40,006 nt of DNA, taken from positions 1 through 40,006 of the forward strand of contig JAXLNO010000360.1 of the NCBI GenBank assembly GCA_038087875.1, given 5' to 3'. Positions within the stretch are counted from its first letter, which is position 1; the number at the start of each line of letters is the position of its first letter. The position numbers and the translations under genes are program-made. The notes beneath the pieces were generated by a model, which did not search any database, had not been told where the DNA came from, and was given only the letters and a program-made list of their open reading frames with translations. This document shows positions 1 through 18,226 of this stretch, in pieces. The stretch is from Malacoraja senta. Its lineage: Eukaryota.

Positions 1-510
<510 letters not shown>

Positions 511-513
511 CAC

Positions 514-7527
<7,014 letters not shown>

Positions 7528-7529
<2 letters not shown>

Positions 7530-7916
7530 GTCCAAGATATCCTGAAATCGGAGGGAGAGGAGCCTGAGGTTGTGGTACATATAGGTACCAATGACATAGG
7601 TAGAAAAAGAGAAGAGGTCTTGAAAGGAGAATTTAGGGAGTTGGGAGGAGAGTTAAGGAGAAGGTCTACAAAGGTAACAATCTCAGGATTACTACCTGTG
7701 CCACGTGACGGTGAGAGTAGGAATGGAGTGAGGTGGAGGATAAATGCGTGGCTGAGGAACTGGTGCAGCGGGCAGGGATTCAAATTTCTGGATCATTGGG
7801 ATTTCTTTTGGGGAAGGAGTGACCTGTACAGAAAGGACGGGTTGCACTTGAACCCGAGGGGCACCAATATCCTGGCGGGGAGATTTGTAAAGGATACTGG
7901 GGAGACTTTAAACTAG
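7528..7916 (+). CDS. CR1 ORF1 C-terminal part, SGNH/GDSL esterase-like domain (5' truncated)
   Basis: VVVHIGTND and DGLHLN motifs match SGNH hydrolase blocks III and V. Stop TAG at 7914-7916. Confidence 0.85.
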
Positions 7917-7921
7917 AACGG

Positions 7922-9850
7922 TTGGGGGGAGGGACTCAAATAGAGAAAGCTAGTGGAAAATGTGGAAGGCAGGAGGCAGAGAAGGGAAGCACTCGGACCC
8001 AAAATGTAGGGGAGAAAGAAGAAAAAGATAATAAACAGAGAATAAGTGGTGGTGGGTTTCTTAAATGTGTATATTTTAATGCTAGGAGCATTGTAAGAAA
8101 GGTGGATGAGCTTAGAGCCTGGATTGACACCTGGAAGTATGTTGTTGTGGCGATCAGTGAAACATGGTTGCAGGAGGGCTGTGATTGGCAAATAAATATT
8201 CCAGGATTTCGTTGCTTCAGGGGTGATAGAATTGGAGCGGCAAGAGGTGGGGGTGTTGCATTGCTTGTCAAGGAAGATATTACAGCAGTGCTTTGGCAGG
8301 ATAGATTAGAGGGCTCGTCTAGGGAGGCTATTTGGGTGGAACTGAGAAATGGGAAAGGTGTAGCAACACTTATAGGGGTGTATTATAGACCGCCAAATGG
8401 GGAGCGAGAATTGGAAGAGCAAATATGTAAGGAGATAGCAGATATTAGTAGTAAGCACAAGGTAGTGATTGTGGGAGATTTCAATTTTCCACACATAGAC
8501 TGGGAAACACATTCTGTAAAAGGGCTGGATGGTTTGGAGTTTGTAAAATGTGTGCAAGATAGTTTTTTGCTGCAATACATAGAGGTACCTACTAGAGAAG
8601 GGGCAGTGCTGGACCTCCTGTTAGGAAATGAGACAGGGCAAGTGGCGGAGGTATGCGTCGTGGAGCACTTCGGGTCCAGTGATCACAATACCATTAGTTT
8701 CAATATAATTATGCAGAGGGTCAGAACTGGACCTAGGGTTGAGATTTTTGTTTGGAGAAAGGCTAACTTTGAGGAGATGCGAAAGGATTTAAAAGGAGTG
8801 AATTGGGACATGTTGTTTTATGGGAAGGATGTAGAAGAAAAATGGAGGACATTTAAGGGTGAAATTTTAAGAGTACAGAATCTTTATGTCCCTGTTCGGT
8901 TGAAAGGAAATAGTAAAAAATGGAAAGAGCCATGGTTTTCAAGGGAAATTGGACACTTGGTTCGGAAAAAGAGAGAGATCTACAATAAGTATAGGCAGCA
9001 TGGAGTAAATGAGGTGCTTGAGGAGCATAAAGAATGTAAAAAGAATATTAAGAAAGAAATTAGCAAAGCTAAAAGAAGATATGAGGTTGCTTTGGCAAGT
9101 AAGGTGAAAGTAAATCCAAAGGGTTTCTACAGCTATATTAATAGCAAAAGGATAACAAGGAATAAAATCGGTCCATTAGAGAGTCAGAGTGGACAGCTAT
9201 CTGCACAGCCAAAAGAGATGGGGGAGATATTGAACAATTTCTTTTCTTCGGTATTCACGAAGGAGAAGGATATGGAATTATGTGAGGTAAGGGAAACTAG
9301 CAGAGTAGCAATGGAAACTGTGAGATTCAAAGAAGAGGAGGTGCGGACACTTTTGAAAAATATGCAAACGGATAAGTCTCCAGGTCCTGACAGGATATTC
9401 CCTAGGACATTGAGGGAAGTTAGTGTAGAAATAGCAGGGGCTATGACAGAAATATTTCAAATGTCATTAGAAACGGGAATAGTGCCGGAGGATTGGCGTA
9501 CTGCGCATGTTGTTCCGTTGTTTAAAAAGGGTTCGAAGAGTAAACCTAGCAATTATAGACCTGTTAGTTTGACGTCAGTGGTGGGCAAATTAATGGAAAG
9601 GATACTTAGAGATAATATATATAAGCATCTGGATAAGCAGGGTCTGATTAGGAACAGTCAACACGGATTTGTGCCTGGAAGGTCATGTTTGACTAATCTT
9701 CTTGAATTTTTCGAAGAGGTTACTAGGGAAATTGATGAGGGTAAAGCAGTGGATGTTGTCTATATGGACTTCAGTAAGGCCTTTGACAAGGTTCCTCATG
9801 AAAGGTTGGTTAAGAAGATTCAATTGTTGGGTATTAATGGTGGAGTAGCA
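7922..9850 (+). CDS. CR1 ORF2 (APE endonuclease + partial reverse transcriptase), 3' truncated
   Basis: Motifs YFNARS, SETW, GVYYRPP, VGDFNFP, SDH, KSPGPD, NYRPVSLTS, QHGF and YMDFSKAFDKVPH. The frame ends before the catalytic xADD motif. Confidence 0.9.
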
Positions 9851-10402
9851 GGTACTTCAGCGCCGCGTAACATAACTCAAAAACCAGGTTCAAGTTCAAA
9901 AATAGTTTTAATTATTCATTAACACAAAACCCAAACCTGATTCAAACAACCCAGACAAAGATATGAATGGACTAACAAACAATTTAAAGGTGCACCAGCC
10001 AGCCACGCGATGGACCGTCGAACCAGTGACTCTAAACCTGCCTAAAAAAATATAACCCTGAAACAAAATACACGAAAACCTCTAAGGACAGCCCTTGTCC
10101 GTCCCAATTCAATAGTTGTTGCTAAGTAATGGTGAAAATACACAAAGTTCCATGCCATGTGGCCAGGCCTTCCACAGCTCACACCAACAGTCAGCTCCCA
10201 AGGCAGGGTCGTCGAAGAAGAGAAGGAATTCTGGGAACTCTGGTATTTATCCTTCAGATGAGTCACCCGTCACCTGGCGCAGCTTGGCCAATCGGGTACA
10301 GGAGCCTTTTAACCCTTTGATTCCAGACTCGAGGCCTGCACTCGGGAAAGAAACAGAGAAAGGTTAATACATAGCATTCACCAGGGGGGGAAGCGCCTAA
10401 CA
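9848..10402 (-). repeat. 3' LTR, copy A (last ~17 nt lost at the CR1 junction)
   Basis: On the minus strand it starts TGTTAG right after the G-rich tract. It is homologous to 29656-30234, which ends CGTAACA, giving TGTTA...TAACA inverted termini. Confidence 0.85.
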
Positions 10403-10416
10403 CCCCCACCCAAAGA
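10403..10416 (-). promoter_or_regulatory. Polypurine tract (plus-strand primer) of the LTR element
   Basis: Minus strand TCTTTGGGTGGGGG lies immediately before the TG of the LTR, ~50 nt after the pol stop. Confidence 0.7.
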
Positions 10417-10468
10417 TACTGAATACATTTCGGAAGAAGAGAGAAAAAACACCACCAAATCCCAGAAA

Positions 10469-12501
10469 CTATTCAGGAGCTAAACTCCACAAGGCGTCAG
10501 CCAAGACATTATCCTTGCCACGGATATGCCTGACGTCCAGGTTGTAGTCTTGCAGCTGCAAACACCAGCTCATTAACCGCCGGTTCTTATTCTTCATACC
10601 GTTCAAAAATACCAACGGATTATGATCCGTGAGTACGACGACAGGGACATGCGAGGAGCCAACATAAACCTCGAAATGATTCAGAGACATTAAAATAGCA
10701 AGGGCTCCTTTCTGAATGGTGGAGTACCACTTCTGATGACGAATGAACTTCTTAGAGAAGTACGAAACTGGATGGTCCACCCCATCTGAATCATCATGCA
10801 GCAGAACTCCCCCAACCCCACGATCACTAGCATCCACTGCCAGTGTAAATGGACGATCAAAATCAGGTGCCGCAAGCACAGGTGCGCGCACCAGAAGACT
10901 TTTAGTATGATCAAAGGCTTGTTGACACTCTGCGGACCACACAAAAGCTACCTTCGGACTCAGCAAATCCGTCAAAGGGGCAGCCACCGCAGAGAAGTTT
11001 GGACAGAATCCTCTATAGTACCCAACCATAGCCAGATACCGACGGAGTTCAGTCCTCGAGGTTGGAGCAGGAAATGCGACAATATGCTCCACATTTTCCA
11101 TGAGAGTGCGAACCTGACCCCGGCCCACCACCTTACCCAGATACGTTACCGTGGCCTGGCCAAACTCACACTTCCCCAGATTGATCGTTAGTTTTGCATC
11201 CACTAGACGATGAAATACCTCCTTCAGATGACCGATGTGTTCGATCCACGACCTGGAGCACACAACCAAATCATCAAGGTATGCCTCACAGAAGGACAAA
11301 CCAGACAATACAATGTTCACTAACCGTTGGAAGGTTGCCGGCGCATTGCGCATCCCAAATGCCATTACTGTGTACTGAAGAAAGTTATCAGGCGTAACGA
11401 ACGCAGAGATCTCCATCGCCCGCCTAGTCAAAGGAACTTGCCAATACCCTTTTAACAAGTCCAACTTAGACACAAAAGATGCACTTCCCACACGATCCAC
11501 GCAATCCTCCATTCGTGGGAGAGGATAGCAATCCGGCTTAGTTACACCACTCACTTTGCGAAAGTCCGTGCAAAACCTGTCCTCCCCATTAGCCTTCGTA
11601 GCCAGTAGACACGGAGAACTCCACGGACTACAACATGGTTCAGCAATGCCATGCCGCAGCATATAGTCAACCTGACTCCCTAGACGAAGACGCCTGTCAG
11701 AGTTGACCCGATACGGATCCTGTTTAATTGGCGCAGCACCGGCCACGTCAATGTCATGCTGCAGCACAGACGTCTGAGAAGGCACATCCGAGAACAGTGA
11801 CCCATTTGACTTCACCAAACAAAGCAGATCACCCCGCTGACTTTCAGTCAAATGAGATAAACGCAAGGGAAGCGACTCCAAAGCCTCAGAGTTACACAAC
11901 CTTCCCTGCGTCACTGCCACAGACAACCGTGCCTCTCCCACATCACCACCCGTGTCCGGGGGCAGCACCACTGCAGCCAAAACAGGCTTAGACGAAACCG
12001 AAGGACACAGCACCTCCCCATCAACCTCCACAGGCTCCTGCTCATGGTACTGCTTCATCATGTTGACATGACAGAGCTGAGTCTTGCGCTTCGATCAGGG
12101 GTACCAATAACATAATCCCTTTCACCAACCTTCTTAACCACCTGATAGGGACCGCTATACCGAGCCTGCAGACTGGAACCAGGAATAGGCAACAACACCA
12201 GGACTTTATCACCTGGAGAAAAATTCCTACTCGAAGCCTTCCTGTCGAACCACCCCTTCATCCTAGACAGAACAGAAGCAAGATTACCCATTGCCAGTTC
12301 GCATGCCCTCTTCAGTCTAGACCGAAAGGTACAGACGTGGTCTAAAACACTACGTTTTGTATCCTCCCACAACCATTTCTCCTTTAGGACCCTCAACGGA
12401 CTACGTACAGTATGCGCGAACACCAGGTCAGCAGGACTGAACCCTAAAGACTCCTGCACGACCTCACGCACCGCAAACATAACTAGATGAACCCCCTCAC
12501 C
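10469..12501 (-). pseudogene. pol 3' part, copy A: integrase C-terminus (GPY/F), reverse transcriptase, RNase H; frameshift near 12085
   Basis: Motifs YSGPY, SPWSSP, KLDLLKGYWQ, FGMRNAPATFQR, AYLDD, VDAS, TDHNPL and NVLADAL. A 1-nt deletion relative to copy B splits it into ORFs 12058-12480 and 10469-12061. Confidence 0.9.
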
Positions 12502-14805
12502 CTAGTATTTTTCAAACACCAGGCAATAAGTCCTCAACATAGATTTCAAAGTCTGGTGAAATCTTTCGAGAGCTCCCTGGCTCTCAGGGTGATACGCACT
12601 GGAGTAACAATGCTTAATATTTAACAACTTCATTACCTGACCAAAAACCTTCGACATGAAGTTGGAACCTTGGTCACTCTGCACCACCTTGGGCAAACCG
12701 AACAACGAAAAAAACCTAGTGAGAGACTTCACTATGATAGGGGCAGTAATACTACGCAAAGGGACCACATGCGGAAAGCGGGTAGACGTACACATAATTG
12801 TCAATAAAAACTTGTTGCCCACCTTTGTCCGAGGTAGAGGACCCACACAATCAAGTAAAATCCGCTCAAACGGCTCACCGACCACAGGGATTGGATATAA
12901 AGGCGCAGGAACAATCGATTGGTTCGGCTTTCCTGCCACCTGGCAAATGTGACAACACCTGCATTGCTGTTTCACGTCCTTTTTCAACCCTGGCCAAAAA
13001 AAAATCCGTAAGATTCGGCCATACGTCTTATTGACCCCCAAATGTCCACCCAAAGGACCATCATGAGCCAAACCGAGTATCTCGTCCCTATACCGACGAG
13101 GTATCACAATCCGATCAACCACGCTCCAATCATCATGCCCAGACATATCCAAGGGAGACCACCTTCGCATCAGTAAGCCCTCCCTTAGAAAATACCCTTT
13201 TGCTGTGGAATCCATATCCCCCTCAGGCACCGCGCAGTAGAACAGATCAGATAACCCTGGATCCCTCTTTTGCTCCTCAACCAGCCGGTCACGTGACAGC
13301 GACACCGGCCCATTTCCAGACACTATTCCATCTTGAGTTGTAGAAACACCCGTCACAACACAGGATCCCTCATCCTGATCCCCCAAAATGCTCTCACGTA
13401 GGTCCACTACATCCTCAAACTTCGCCTGGCTCTTAGCCATAGCCCTCGTGACAGCACAAGCTGCGAAGACTTTCGGATGCTGAATAGCCAATCTATCAGG
13501 ACTCTGCACCATCGGAACAGCCGTCACTTCAGGAGTAACTAAAACTCTACCTCCTGCCAAGTCATTCCCCAATATTACTGAAACTCCCTCAACGGGAAAA
13601 CACGGCCGTAACCCAACAGTTACCCGGCCTGAAATCAACTCGGACTCGAGACTCACGGTATGCAAAGGCACTACCATGTCTTCCATCCCGAATCCTACCA
13701 CAGGGACACTTGACCCAACCGATGATTCCCCAGAAAACGACAGTACACTCTCCAATATAAAGGACTGAGCAGCACCAGTATGTCGCAAGATGGATACTGG
13801 AACTCTATCGGCCCCATCCTCCAGAGAAACAAAACCCTTCATGATGAACGCAGAATAATCCCTACACTCATCAGACTCAGGCACCTCAGGTACCACAGGT
13901 GCCTTTTGTGTACCCACCAAAGCCACAGGCTTTGCATTTTTCTGCTTCCGAACGGGACACGCCTTTAACATGTGCCCTCTGCCTTTACAATAGTAGCACA
14001 CAGGTCCTTCGTTAGTCCTCAAATTTCCGTCAACCTTATCAGCTCGGACCTCCCCCTGTATCAACGTGCTGCCACTTGCAGGCACAGAAACACCTTTGAC
14101 ACTGCCACCGGCGACACCACCACGATCAACCGGCCGTAAACTATAGGAGCGCCCAACAAAATTAGTTTTATGAGTCAATACATACTCATCTGCCAACACC
14201 GCGGATTTAGACACCTCATTCACCTTCTGCTCATTAAGGTAGTTAGTAACTCGCTCAGGGAGACAGTTCTTAAAGTCTTCCATAATAATCGAGGCCCGCA
14301 GTTGCCCAATATCCTTCACTTCTTGAGAAGCACACCACCTGTCAAAAAGTGCCTCCTTCTCCCTAGCAAACTCCACATACGTCTGACTATCAAACTTCCT
14401 AAAGCGCCGGAATTTCTGCCGGTACGCCTCTGGAACTAATTCATAAGCCCTTAATACTGTAGACTTCACACACTCATAGTTCAGACTGCTTTCACCAAAC
14501 AAAGACGAGTACACCTCCCGTGCTTTACCCACTAGGACACACTGCAATAGCAAGGTCCACACGTCCCTAGGCCACTTCAAGGACAAAGCCACCCGTTCAA
14601 ACACTGTGAAAAACCTGTCCACATCCTTCTCACTAAAGGGGGGAACCAGGCGGATATTCTTGCTCATATCAAACTCCCGTTCCCTAGAAGAAACCTGGGA
14701 GGTATCCAATTCCTTCTCCCGCAGCCTCAACACCACCCTCTTGGTTTCCTCCTCAGCCGCACGCAGCTGAATGTCTGCTTTTTTGGTCTCCTCCTCTGCT
14801 CTTTT
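12502..14805 (-). pseudogene. gag-protease-integrase, copy A
   Basis: SCAN-like segment YELVPEAYRQKFR...LADEY and zinc knuckle CYYCKGRGHMLKAC. The protease site reads LRHTGA (D>H versus LRDTGA in B). Integrase HHCC and D,D,E motifs are present (LDCVGP, SDQGSNF, LERFH), followed by a premature TAG at 12502-12504. Confidence 0.9.
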
Positions 14806-14817
14806 GAAGAAGCATGA

Positions 14818-15144
14818 CCCCCTGTCCCACTGTACGAAGTAATTCAAGAGTTCTCCCGAGTTTACCCCTGATTCGAACTCGGAAAATGTCCGCATCGGGT
14901 CGGTAGAAGTTTGTGGATGTCTCGTAGCGATTCGTGCGAGTATTTTTTTTACTCGTGGACATTTTGCACAGAGTTGAAAAAACGTCACGAGTTTACCGGA
15001 TTTCCAGAGAACCTACCGTTGGCATAACGAGCCGCTACGTGACATCCGCGAACTCCTACGGACCCGCTACGGACATTCTCCGAGTTCGAATCAGGGGAAA
15101 ACTCGGGAGAACTCTTGAATTACTTCGTACAGTGGGACAGGGGG
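14818..15144. mobile_element. MITE with long terminal inverted repeats, probably PIF/Harbinger type, copy A
   Basis: CCCCCTGTCCCACTGTACGAAGTAATTCAAGAGTTCTCCCGAGTTT... is mirrored at the right end over >65 nt, and there is no coding capacity. The family call rests on my recollection of CCCTGTCCCAC termini. Confidence 0.85.
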
Positions 15145-15740
15145 TCATGCTTCTCCTGTCGCTCTCTCTTGGCGGAGACAAGGGCTCAAGGAAAGAGCGT
15201 TCACATCACGGCCCCTGCTTCCACCAACCTTTCCACCACCACGCACAAGAAGCACAAGAAGCGACAAGACAGACACCATTGTGCAGATGCCGAGAAGTGT
15301 GTTCAGCTCTGTCTGAACGACTTCTAATCTTGTGTGTGGACTCGATAAGAAGAAAGCGGAGACAAGCCCAAAACAGTGTCTGTCAATTTCGACGGTGAAC
15401 TTTCAAATGACGGTGCACACGGCTATTTACTTTGAGCTTCTGGTTCTTGCCCTGTTGTGTTGCCTGCGAGCCAATGACAGTCAGCAGAGCAGAATATCAC
15501 TAAGGTGCAGAACACCATCCGGTTTTACATTCTTTCGCCACTTCCCATTCAAAACGAAATTCCAAAAAATTGGTCCCGATGATGCGCTTGTAATTAGCTC
15601 TTATCCACACTGGATTAATTTATGGATTAACTTATCGGATCATGTTATGCTACTGACGGCGAGGATTCCCCCCGCTTCTCAGGTTAAGTCCCGCATCCTG
15701 CAGACGTGCTGTCGTGAAACAGTCGCGATATTTAAAAGAC

Positions 15741-16152
15741 CAGTCAGTCAGTCGGTCAATCAATTTTATTTGTATAGCACATTTAAAAACATCTCACGTT
15801 GACCAAAGTGCTGTAGACCAGAGCAGATACTAATGTGCTTCATACAATGGTACATAGAGCTAACAATACATACACAAACTGTTTACAGCGCTCCCTCAGA
15901 GGGCCTCAAAAACGCTATTGGGTAGAAATAGGATTTGAGCCTCGATTTAAAGAAGTCGATGGCGGGGGTAGTTCTGATGAGGAGAGGGATGCTGTTCCAC
16001 AGTCTAGCTGCTTCAACCGCAAAAGCGCGGTCGCCCCTGAGCTTAAACCGAGACCGCGAGATAGTCAGTTGCCCCAAGTCGGCCGCCCTGAGGGACCTGG
16101 AGGTAGAGTGGTGGGTTAGAAGATTTTTGATACAGGAGGGGGCAAGCCCGTT
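15741..16152 (-). mobile_element. L2-clade LINE 3' fragment, copy A
   Basis: Encodes NGLAP...RSLR...GDRAFAV.A.RLWNSIP...FKSRLK, then AATAAA and a (TGAC/TGAT)n tail. Related to 26013-26825. Confidence 0.88.
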
Positions 16153-16445
16153 AGGGTGATTGGACGGGTGCATTTATAGGAAAGGTTAAAATGAATGTCG
16201 GGGAATCGCGGGCAAATCGGACGCATTGACGGCGCATCTCGGTTAGCAGACATGAATTGAGCCAAAGTGACAGATTCAGTGATGTATGATTCTATAACTT
16301 CTACGAGTGCTGGTTCAAATGGCCATTGCAAGCTGTTCCGTGTGAGTGTGCGTAGTGGAGATTCTGAGCAGTTGAATGGGAATATTGGGAGGACAAACAC
16401 TGATGGGAGCAAATGTATGTTGAACTGTCGGCGTGGATCAGAGGG

Positions 16446-17350
16446 TCACGGACGGACAAGTGCACGAATTGCACTCACTGTGAACGTAACCGCGTTGATC
16501 AGCTCAGCCCTGAATTTACTCTGGGTCACCACGTAAATACACGTGTTGGTGCAGGTACTGAGCAGCTGCAGGAAGCCCGACGTGACCGCTGTGATATAGT
16601 AATAACCGGTGGGGTAGCCGTCATATCGCACCTTCGCAATACCCGTAAAGAAGTAAAATATGGCCTGTGTTGCCCACAGCAGGACGAAAGTGCTCGTGAT
16701 ACTGAAGAGTAAAACAATGGATTTCCTGCGGTTCTCCATCTCCGGGTCCTTGTCATTCTCTCCGTTGCTTTTTCCCCGGAGACCCCTGCGGACTCTGCTG
16801 GCCGCCACAATCCGCCTGACCGTCAGCACATTGAGCAGAAGGATCAGAAAGAACGGGATACAAGGGGTTAGAACGCGGTGTGTGAACTCATATGCGATCC
16901 ATGCAGACGACGTATAGAAGGTGGGTTTGGGGTAGCAACGCCAGGGAAGATTATCAAACACGTAGCCAGGTTCTATCGTAAAACACCGGGGGACGTTCTC
17001 TAAACAGCCCAGCACACTCACTGCCCCGATAATCACAGCCGCCGTTCTCTCAGTGCAATATCTTGTTTTCAGCTTCTCACAACAAATAGCCACAAACCGA
17101 TCGAAGGTGAAGGCGACCGTCAGCCAGACAGAGACCGCGGTGGATGCAAAGAGCAGGAAATAGATAGTCGTGCACACGGGAGTAATGTTCAGCAAAGAAT
17201 ACGGGAAGTGAACTAGAATAGTCTTACGGAGAAACGGATCGGTGATGCCGACCAGGAGATCAGACGCTGCCATGGCCACCAGGTAGACAGTGATGCATTT
17301 GGAGAGACCGCATTTACCTCGACAGAGAATCACAATCGCCAACAAGTTCA
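16446..17350 (-). CDS. GPR139/GPR142-like class A GPCR, copy A, coding exon 2 (full protein 324 aa)
   Basis: Acceptor ctcttctctccttcacAG|TGAAC (phase 1). Motifs YLVAMAASDLL, TFDRFVAIC, LLWAT and TNTCIY, hydrophobic TM segments and an open frame to TGA. Confidence 0.9.
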
Positions 17351-18226
17351 CTGTGAAGGAGAGAAGAGATATTACTGACATAAGGCCCGCACAAAAGTAT
17401 CTGAGGGACATTGTCTGATTGGAAGGTTTTCAAACTTCAAATTTGGTTGACCAAATGACCTTTAGCCCAGACCACGTTCAGAGACTACAGCCTTTGGACC
17501 ACGGTGTCCACGCACCTCATCAAACACCAATGTATATTACGGTCACAGGTTTTAATACTGTCCATATTCTTATGAACTGTCTCCAGATTGTAGCATCCAT
17601 CTACACTGTCCCATGGACAGTAGTTACAGAAACCATTAATAGGCAGGTCAATTGCATGTGGGAGGAAACATGCGCACAGCCAAGATTAGCGTGGAGTCGG
17701 ACGACGAACGATGAAACATTGCTCATAAAGCACGGGATGGTGCAGATTGAACCTGCGTCTCCGGAACTGTGTGACACCGGCAGTCAGGCAAGGAAATCGC
17801 TATCAAAACATGGGGGTGGGGGGGACGGTAACATCGGAAGCTGACCTGGTTGGTGACCGACTCCGAACTTCAGCAACAGCAGCTTCGTCCGCCTCGAATG
17901 GTGGGGCTTGAATCCGCCCGATCGCAGGGCCTTTCGTCGGCCGGCGGGGGCTTCAACATGGGGAGCCTCGATCGCCTAGATGCAGCAGGTTGATTTTAAG
18001 ACGCGCTGGGTGGTGAAAGGCCCCGCGAACTGACCGATTCAGCCCTTAGAAACCGTCTGATAAATTCCGGATTACGAAAGTAGGTGGGATTGTCCCCCAC
18101 CTCTCAAAGCAACGGGGGGGGGGGGTTGCTCCCGTCCCTCCCCAGAATTTCCGCCATGTAGGTGGTACTGACTGTGGCAAGGTGATGAGCATGTACAGAT
18201 ACATCTGCGGATATAAATTCGAATTT

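Larger units (their letters stand above)
9848..14807 (-). mobile_element. Gmr1-like Ty3/gypsy LTR retrotransposon, copy A (5' LTR and gag N-terminus missing)
   Basis: Domain order is gag (SCAN-like, CCHC), PR, IN, RT, RNaseH. A PPT and 3' LTR follow the pol stop. Confidence 0.93.

Noticed and set aside
9851..9922. C-terminal tail GTSAPRNITQKPGSSSKIVLIIH of the 666-aa ORF as a CR1-LTR fusion protein
   Set aside because: This is chance read-through into antisense LTR sequence after the breakpoint, and the RT lacks its catalytic motif.
12502..12504. In-frame TAG shared by both copies as a programmed read-through site
   Set aside because: It lies inside integrase, where related elements have Trp as I recall, and not at a gag-pol boundary. 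A nonsense mutation before the duplication explains it.
10690..14439. Small antisense and alternate-frame ORFs over the retrotransposon, repeated in copy B
   Set aside because: These are shadow ORFs, and their recurrence follows from ~97% DNA identity rather than selection.
14806..14988. N-terminal ~60 aa of the 828-aa gag-pol ORF as a novel domain
   Set aside because: It is MITE sequence that happens to be in frame. The same peptide (NSGELLNYFVQWDRGSCF) appears on the opposite strand because of the TIR.
17351..17411. Single-exon GPCR starting at MSLRYFCAG (also 37199-37259)
   Set aside because: The segment contains a polypyrimidine tract and AG, and a phase-compatible upstream exon with the TM1 IYYP motif exists in both copies.
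18100..18160. Possible hAT-type terminal repeat (CATG(G)GCGGAAATTCTGGGG on minus; also ~38440-38460)
   Set aside because: I could not find a convincing partner TIR or an 8-nt TSD.
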